DNA of 64,000 nt from NCBI GenBank assembly GCA_965204745.1, contig OZ242010.1, positions 608,001 to 672,000 of the forward strand, in the 5' to 3' direction. Shown in pieces: positions 57,058 through 64,000 of the stretch (the first letter of the stretch is position 1; each line of letters starts with the position of its first letter). This stretch comes from Candidatus Latescibacterota bacterium. Its GTDB lineage: Bacteria; Latescibacterota; UBA2968. Position numbers and translations under genes: made by a program. The notes below the pieces were generated by a model. It was not told the origin of the DNA. It did no database searches and was given only the letters and a program-made list of their open reading frames with translations.

Positions 57058-58332
57058 ATGTCTTTCCCTTTCTCTCATACCCACTTCTCCCGCGACGTGC
57101 GTCTTTATTTGCTGGCCTCTGCGCTGTTTGGGTTTGTACTCTTCGGGGGCATCTATACCCTGTTGTACAACATCTATTTGTTGCGCTTGGGCTACAACAC
57201 GCAATTTGTGGGATGGGCCAATGCCACGGGCGCGCTTTTTTTTGCTCTGTCCAGCCTGCCTAGCGGGGTGCTCGGCGGGCGATGGGGTAGCCGCTCGACA
57301 ATGGTTATTGGAATCTGCGTGGCCGTGGTGGGTTTTGGATTGCTGTCGCAGGCCGAGTTGATCTCGGGCGCGATGCGCGATGCGTTTATCCTCGTCAATT
57401 ATTCCGTGGGCGTGATCGGCATTGCCCTGTTCATCGTGAATGGCACGCCGTACTTGATGGGCATTACCGGTTCTGCGGAACGAGACGCGGTGTTTGCGAT
57501 GCATGCCGCGCTGATGCCCTTGTCCGGATTTGCCGGAAGCATGTTGGGCGGCATTTTGCCGGGGTATCTCGCCGAGATGCTCGATACGTCTTTGGCCGAA
57601 CCCGCGGTGTACCGCTATACCCTGTGCGCGGGCGCGCTCTGTCTGATCCCTGCGATTTTCGCAATGCTCGCCACGCGGGATGCCCGGGTTGCGCGCAAAC
57701 AGGAGATCGCGTCCAACGCGGCCCCGCTTCCGCTGACCGCAATGATCCTCACTTCGCTCATTGCCGTTTTGCATGTTGCAGGCGAAGCCGCGGCCAGAAC
57801 CTTTTTCAATGTGTATATGGACGAGGAACTCGAGGTGGATCTGTCGCTGATTGGGGTGCAACTCGCGGGCGGACAATTGCTCGCCGTGCCCGCGGCCCTG
57901 TCTCTCCCGTTTTTCTCGGCGCGATTTGGCATCCGCCGCACCGTGGGCATGGTCACGCTGGTGACGGCCCTTTTTCTGTTGGGCATGGCCATGGTCGCCA
58001 ACTGGCTCGTCGCGGGGATGTGCTTCATAGGCATCATGGCCCTCACCGCACTGCGCCGCTCCGCGTTTGCCATTTTTCACCAAGAATTGGTCGCCGTGCG
58101 CTGGCGCACCGCCATGTCCGGCGCAGTCGCCATGATGTCGGGCATGGGCTATTCCGCAATGGCCCTCGGCGGCGGGTACATGATCCCAGTCGCGGGCTAT
58201 TCGCGCCTCTTCCTCACCGGCGCCGCGCTCACGGGCATGGGCGCGTTCCTATTTTGGATTTGTTTTCAGAGAAGACAAAAAGCGACCACGAGCCTGGCTC
58301 CGCGTGGTGTAAGTGGGGATGAAAGCGGATGA
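57058..58332 (+). CDS. MFS transporter
   Basis: About 12 hydrophobic segments, with motif-A-like GVLGGRWGSR and SARFGIRR. Confidence 0.85.
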   Translation: MSFPFSHTHFSRDVRLYLLASALFGFVLFGGIYTLLYNIYLLRLGYNTQFVGWANATGALFFALSSLPSGVLGGRWGSRSTMVIGICVAVVGFGLLSQAELISGAMRDAFILVNYSVGVIGIALFIVNGTPYLMGITGSAERDAVFAMHAALMPLSGFAGSMLGGILPGYLAEMLDTSLAEPAVYRYTLCAGALCLIPAIFAMLATRDARVARKQEIASNAAPLPLTAMILTSLIAVLHVAGEAAARTFFNVYMDEELEVDLSLIGVQLAGGQLLAVPAALSLPFFSARFGIRRTVGMVTLVTALFLLGMAMVANWLVAGMCFIGIMALTALRRSAFAIFHQELVAVRWRTAMSGAVAMMSGMGYSAMALGGGYMIPVAGYSRLFLTGAALTGMGAFLFWICFQRRQKATTSLAPRGVSGDESG

Positions 58333-58475
58333 AAGCGAAAGGGCGTTGGCTACGCTTGCGCGTGCGCCGGCGTGACGAATAGCGGTAGGGCGGCGGCGAG
58401 GCACGCACGGGTGGAGGGGCATGGAGGCGGGGACTGACAACTGACTACTGACAACTGACCGCTTGGGCGGCCCTC

Positions 58476-59576
58476 TTACGCCTCCCGCTTTTCCAACGGC
58501 ACGTACGGGCGGGCTTCTGGGCCTGTGTATTCTGCGAGGGGGCGGATGAGGCGGTTGTCAATGCGTTGTTCGATGATGTGGGCGGCCCAGCCGCTACAAC
58601 GACTGAGCACGAAAATGGGCGTGAAAAGTGCGGTCTCGATGCCGGCCATGTGGTATGCGGTTGCGGAGTAAAAATCCAAGTTGGGGAACAGCTTTTTCTC
58701 GTCCCACATCACCTGCTCGATAGCCTCGGAAATCTCGTACAGGGTCATATCGCCCTTGGCCTCGCTGATCCGCCGCGCCCAAAATTTGATGATCGCATTG
58801 CGTGGATCGCAGACGCGATAGACCCCGTGCCCGAACCCCATAATTAACTCCTTGCGCGCCAGCATCTCGCGCACGCCCATCGCCGCGGCATCCGGCGTCT
58901 CGAATTGCGCGATCAATTCCATCGCGTGCTCGTTTGCCCCGCCGTGCAATGGCCCGCTCAACGTGCCAATCGCGCCGGTGATACAACTGTAAAAATCCGC
59001 GAGCGTAGAGGCGCAGACGCGGGCCGTAAAGGTCGAGGCATTGAACTCGTGCTCCGCGTACAAAATCAACGACGCATCCATCATCCGACATTCCAGCGCG
59101 GAAGGCGCGTCTCGTTTGAGCATATGAAAAACGTACGTCGCGTGATCCTCCGCTTCAACATCCAGCACCTCAGGCCCCAGATGCCAGACGCCCAACATCG
59201 AGGGCAACGCGCCCAACAGTCGCAGGGCCGCGCCATTTTCAGAATCCGGCTCAGGCTCGGCAATGCCCAGCGCGGACACGCCGGTACGCAACACATCCAT
59301 CGGATGGGCATGGGCGGGCAAGGAACGCAAAACCCGCACGACCAGATCAGGCAACTGTCGATGCGCCCGCAAGCGCGCCTTCAGCGCATCCAATTCCCGT
59401 TGCGTGGGCAACGCGCCCCACAACAGCAGATGCACCACCTCTTCAAAACAGGCATTCTCTGCCAAATCCTCGATGGCATAGCCCCGATAGTGCAAGCCGT
59501 GGCCTTCCGCGCCCACCGTGCAAATGGACGTGTTGCCCGCCTTAACGCCCCTTAGCCCCGTCGTCTGTTTGCTCAT
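58476..59576 (-). CDS. prpC: 2-methylcitrate synthase
   Basis: AEHEFNASTF, GPLHGGANE, MGFGHGVY, FPNLDFY; adjacent to prpB. Confidence 0.9.
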   Translation of the reverse strand: MSKQTTGLRGVKAGNTSICTVGAEGHGLHYRGYAIEDLAENACFEEVVHLLLWGALPTQRELDALKARLRAHRQLPDLVVRVLRSLPAHAHPMDVLRTGVSALGIAEPEPDSENGAALRLLGALPSMLGVWHLGPEVLDVEAEDHATYVFHMLKRDAPSALECRMMDASLILYAEHEFNASTFTARVCASTLADFYSCITGAIGTLSGPLHGGANEHAMELIAQFETPDAAAMGVREMLARKELIMGFGHGVYRVCDPRNAIIKFWARRISEAKGDMTLYEISEAIEQVMWDEKKLFPNLDFYSATAYHMAGIETALFTPIFVLSRCSGWAAHIIEQRIDNRLIRPLAEYTGPEARPYVPLEKREA

Positions 59577-59643
59577 CGCATCCTCCTATCGGCAAAAAAG
59601 GCCGTGAGCTTTTCACCCACGACCTTTTGCATCCTCTGGCGAT

Positions 59644-60519
59644 TTACCGCTCATACAGCCGATCTACCCGCGCTTCGTACCCGTAATAATCCAGCAATTC
59701 GTAGAGTTCTTCCCGCGTCTGCATCTGCCCGACCAGTGCCCGTTGCGTGCCTTGTTCTCGCAGGGTTTGATACGCCCGTTGCGCGCCCGCGTTCATCATT
59801 CTAAACGCGGTGAGCGGGTAAAGCACCATCGCCACGCCCGCGGCTCTCATCTCGTCCAACCCAAACAGAGGCGTTTGCCCAAACTCGGTGAGATTGGCGA
59901 GCACTGGGGCAGACAACTCTTGGACAAAGGCGCGAAAATCCGAGAGAGATTGCAGGCCCTCGGCAAAAATCGCATCCGCGCCCGCGGCGACGTATTGACC
60001 TGCGCGTTCTATCCCGTGCGCCAAGCCCTCGCAGGCCACCGAGTCGGTTCGCGCCATAATCACAAACCCGCTGTGTGATCGCGCATCCACCGCCGCCTCG
60101 ATTCGGTCGCACATCTCCTCGGCGGACACTACTTGTTTGCCGGGGCGATGTCCACACCGTTTTTGCAAGACCTGATCTTCGATGTGAACCGCGGCAACGC
60201 CGATTTTTTCCAGCGTCTTGACCGCGCGGGCAATGGAGAAAAACGTGCCGCCAAACCCGGTGTCGATGTCGACGAGCAACGGCAGATCGACCGCATCGGT
60301 AATCCGCCGCGCATCTTCGGCCACATCGTCCAGCGTAGTCATGCCCAAATCCGGCAACCCGTAAGACGCGGACGCCACGGCCGAACCGGAGAGATAGAGG
60401 GCGCGAAACCCAGCGCGTTTTGCCATCAGCGCGGAAATGGCATTGATCGCGCCCACAATCTGCAAGGGACGTTCTGCGTCTAGCGCGGCCCTGAACTGGC
60501 ACCCGGCAGCCATCGCCAC
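59644..60519 (-). CDS. prpB: Methylisocitrate lyase
   Basis: GLPDLG, VDIDTGFG, KRCGHRPGK, ANLTEFGQTP. Confidence 0.93.
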   Translation of the reverse strand: MAMAAGCQFRAALDAERPLQIVGAINAISALMAKRAGFRALYLSGSAVASASYGLPDLGMTTLDDVAEDARRITDAVDLPLLVDIDTGFGGTFFSIARAVKTLEKIGVAAVHIEDQVLQKRCGHRPGKQVVSAEEMCDRIEAAVDARSHSGFVIMARTDSVACEGLAHGIERAGQYVAAGADAIFAEGLQSLSDFRAFVQELSAPVLANLTEFGQTPLFGLDEMRAAGVAMVLYPLTAFRMMNAGAQRAYQTLREQGTQRALVGQMQTREELYELLDYYGYEARVDRLYER

Positions 60520-60526
60520 CTCCGCA

Positions 60527-62614
60527 TTACGCTTCGACCAACTCGCGGTCGTGTTCAGCAGCCGCGATCACCTTTTGCGTCACGTCGCGGGGAACGGCCT
60601 CGTAGTGGGAAAACGCCATCGTATAATCGCCCGTGCCCTGCGTCATCGACCGCAGCGAGGTCGAGTATTTGTACAGATCCGCCAGAGGCACCTCGGCGTG
60701 AATCACCTGAAAATTGCCTTCGGGATCCATGCCCTGAATGCGCCCGCGCCTGCCGTTCAAATCGCCCATCACATCGCCCATATAGACTTCGGGAACGACC
60801 ACGCGCACCTTGTAAATCGGCTCGAGCAAAATGGGCTTGGCGTCCATAAATGCGTTTTGAAACGCAAACGAACCGGCCAACTTAAACGCCATATCAGACG
60901 AGTCGACCGCGTGGAAAGACCCATCGTAAACCGCGACCTGCGTATCCACCACCGGATAGCCGGCCAGCACCCCGCGTTGCATGGTCTCCACGACGCCTTT
61001 CTCCACCGCGGGAATGAATTTTCCGGGAATGGCGCCGCCCACGACCTCGTCGATAAATTCAAAGCCCTCGCCGCGCTGCTTGGGGGCAACGCGCAAATAC
61101 GCCTCGCCGTATTGCCCGCGTCCACCGCTTTGCTTTCTGTGCCGATACTGCGCTTCGGCACGCCCTTGGATGGTCTCGCGGTACGGGATGCGCGGCTCGA
61201 CCACATCGACCTCCACGCCGAACTTGCTCTGCAACTTGTCGAACACGACCGTCAAGTGCAACTCGCCCTGCCCCTCGGCGATGATCTGCCGCACCTCCGA
61301 GTCGTATCCGGCCGTAAAACTCGGGTCTTCCTCGTGGATGCTCTGCAATCCTGTGCTGATTTTGTCTTCATCGCCGCGCGCTTTGGGGGCAACGGCCACG
61401 CGGATCAAGGGGTGGGGAAATTCGATGGGCTGAATTTGCAAGGGCATGGTTTTGTCGCACAGGGTATCGCCCGTATGCGTATTCTTGAGCTTGATCAACG
61501 CGCCGATATCGCCCGCGCCCACGCCATCCATATCCTCGCGCTTACCGCCGCTCATCGCGTAAATCTGACCGATGCGCTCGTTGGATCGGCGGTTGGTATT
61601 AAACGCATCGTCCCCGGGTTCGACACGCCCGGAATACACGCGCAAAAACGACAAATCGCCCACGGACTCGGAAATGGTCTTGAACACCACAGCGGCCAAC
61701 GGGCCGTCATCGCTGACGCCGAGCGCGACTTCTTCCTCGGCGCCCGGTTTGTGCGCGGTGGGAATGGGCAACTCCCGTGGCCCCGGCGCGTAATCAGCCA
61801 AAAAATCGAGCAGCAAATCAATGCCGACATTCTTACTCGCAGCACTCGCAAACACGGGAAACAAGGTGCGGTTGACCATCCCGATCTTCACCCCTCGCGC
61901 AATTTCTTCGTCCGTCAGATCGCCCTCTTCCAAGTATTGCTCGATCAACTCCTCATCGCTCTCGGCGGCGCCTTCGACCACCTGCTCTTTGAGGCTCTCG
62001 GCACGATCCTGCCACTCTGCGGGAATGTCTGACGCCGCGGCCTTGCCATCGGTATAGGTGATCATTTTCATCTGCAACACGTCGATGATCTGATTGAACC
62101 CCTCGCCGGGATTGACCGGAATCTGGAAGGGAATCGCGCCATTGCCAAAATGCTCTTGAACCGCGGCGAGCGCGCTGTCGAAATCGGCAAATTCCCGGTC
62201 GACGTGATTGATCACAAATGCGGTTGCGCGATCAAATTCATCGGCAAAATTGAACGCCTTATCCGTGCCGATCTCTACGCCACTGGCCGCATTGACCAAG
62301 GTGATGGCGATATCGGATGCCCAAATCGCGGCTTTTGCGTCGCCGATAAAATCGGCATAGCCCGGCGCGTCCAAAACATTCACTTTGGCGCCCTTCCAAT
62401 CGCAGTGCAACAGGGAGGTGCTGATGGAAATTTTGCGTGCGATCTCGGCATCCGTGTAATCCGACACGGTATTGCCCTCATCGACCGAACCGAGCCGATT
62501 GGTCGCGCCAGCGGAAAACATCACGGCTTCGGCAACGGACGTTTTGCCCGTGCCTCCGTGCCCGCACAGGGCGATGTTCCGAATTTTTTCAGGCGTGTAT
62601 TTGTTCACGGTCAA
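60527..62614 (-). CDS. fusA: Elongation factor G-like protein (EF-G2 type)
   Basis: GHGGTGKT, RKISI, DAPGYADF, GELHL, KQSGGRGQYG, DGSFHAVDSS; not in a str operon. Confidence 0.88.
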   Translation of the reverse strand: MTVNKYTPEKIRNIALCGHGGTGKTSVAEAVMFSAGATNRLGSVDEGNTVSDYTDAEIARKISISTSLLHCDWKGAKVNVLDAPGYADFIGDAKAAIWASDIAITLVNAASGVEIGTDKAFNFADEFDRATAFVINHVDREFADFDSALAAVQEHFGNGAIPFQIPVNPGEGFNQIIDVLQMKMITYTDGKAAASDIPAEWQDRAESLKEQVVEGAAESDEELIEQYLEEGDLTDEEIARGVKIGMVNRTLFPVFASAASKNVGIDLLLDFLADYAPGPRELPIPTAHKPGAEEEVALGVSDDGPLAAVVFKTISESVGDLSFLRVYSGRVEPGDDAFNTNRRSNERIGQIYAMSGGKREDMDGVGAGDIGALIKLKNTHTGDTLCDKTMPLQIQPIEFPHPLIRVAVAPKARGDEDKISTGLQSIHEEDPSFTAGYDSEVRQIIAEGQGELHLTVVFDKLQSKFGVEVDVVEPRIPYRETIQGRAEAQYRHRKQSGGRGQYGEAYLRVAPKQRGEGFEFIDEVVGGAIPGKFIPAVEKGVVETMQRGVLAGYPVVDTQVAVYDGSFHAVDSSDMAFKLAGSFAFQNAFMDAKPILLEPIYKVRVVVPEVYMGDVMGDLNGRRGRIQGMDPEGNFQVIHAEVPLADLYKYSTSLRSMTQGTGDYTMAFSHYEAVPRDVTQKVIAAAEHDRELVEA

Positions 62615-62732
62615 CCCTCCTTAAATACCCGGTATGATATGCGCGATTGGGGAATCTCTCACCCAAAAATGAGGCGCGTATAATTGCAAAACAGAGCGGC
62701 CTTGTCAAGCACTCTTTTGCGTCTGCAAATAC

Positions 62733-62762
62733 AAAAAGCCCGGAGTTTGAAGTCCGGGCTTT
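62733..62762 (-). terminator. rRNA operon terminator
   Basis: AAAGCCCGGA-CTTCAAAC-TCCGGGCTTTTT on the minus strand. Confidence 0.8.
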
Positions 62763-62769
62763 ATTGATT

Positions 62770-62887
62770 TCCTGGCAACGACCTACTCTCCCACAAGGTC
62801 TCCCAAGCAGTACCATTGGCGCTGGAGGGCTTAACTTCTCTGTTCGGAATGGAAAGAGGTGTGGCCCCTCCGCTATAGCCACCAGGA
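62770..62887 (-). rRNA. rrf: 5S rRNA
   Basis: CCTGGTGGC...CCGAAC..AAGTTAAGC..GATGGT-like..GAGAGTAGGTCGTTGCCAGG. Confidence 0.95.
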
Positions 62888-62952
62888 AAGTTTTTTGAAT
62901 ATGAACTGGGTGCCAAACAAAGCACAGAAGCGATCTGCTGAAAGTGTTAAAA

Positions 62953-64000
<1,048 letters not shown>

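Overview
GC-rich bacterial chromosomal window. Its gene content (TonB receptor/T9SS-tail/PorV cassette, GWxTD-type protein, dockerin-like beta-propeller protein, several PhyH and DegT enzymes, GH29) suggests an FCB-superphylum organism such as Latescibacterota; this is inference only. Housekeeping and metabolic genes are gcvPA/PB, coaE, hflKC, msrA, mdh, prpBC, an EF-G2-like fusA, 5S rRNA and the 3' end of 23S rRNA. Four accessory or defence-like loci interrupt them. (1) A type III R-M operon whose mod-res gap holds MNT, Rpn (with an internal RBS), a thiG fragment, DUF433 and an MNT-HEPN fusion, bracketed by a 190-bp direct repeat. (2) A self-promoted tandem array with one short gene followed by two membrane-anchored long versions that keep the same internal start. 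(3) Two head-to-tail AAA-ATPase/PD-(D/E)XK paralogues that differ in patches. (4) An AT-rich PARIS-like ABC ATPase + DUF4435 island whose left end is fused in frame to a TPR gene. Intergenic DNA is a mosaic of several repeat families: a hairpin-ended element with a nested micro-insert, heptamer and nonamer arrays, and GTAG REP-like palindromes. No CRISPR array, tRNA or intact IS was seen. All calls come from motif recognition by eye, not from database searches.
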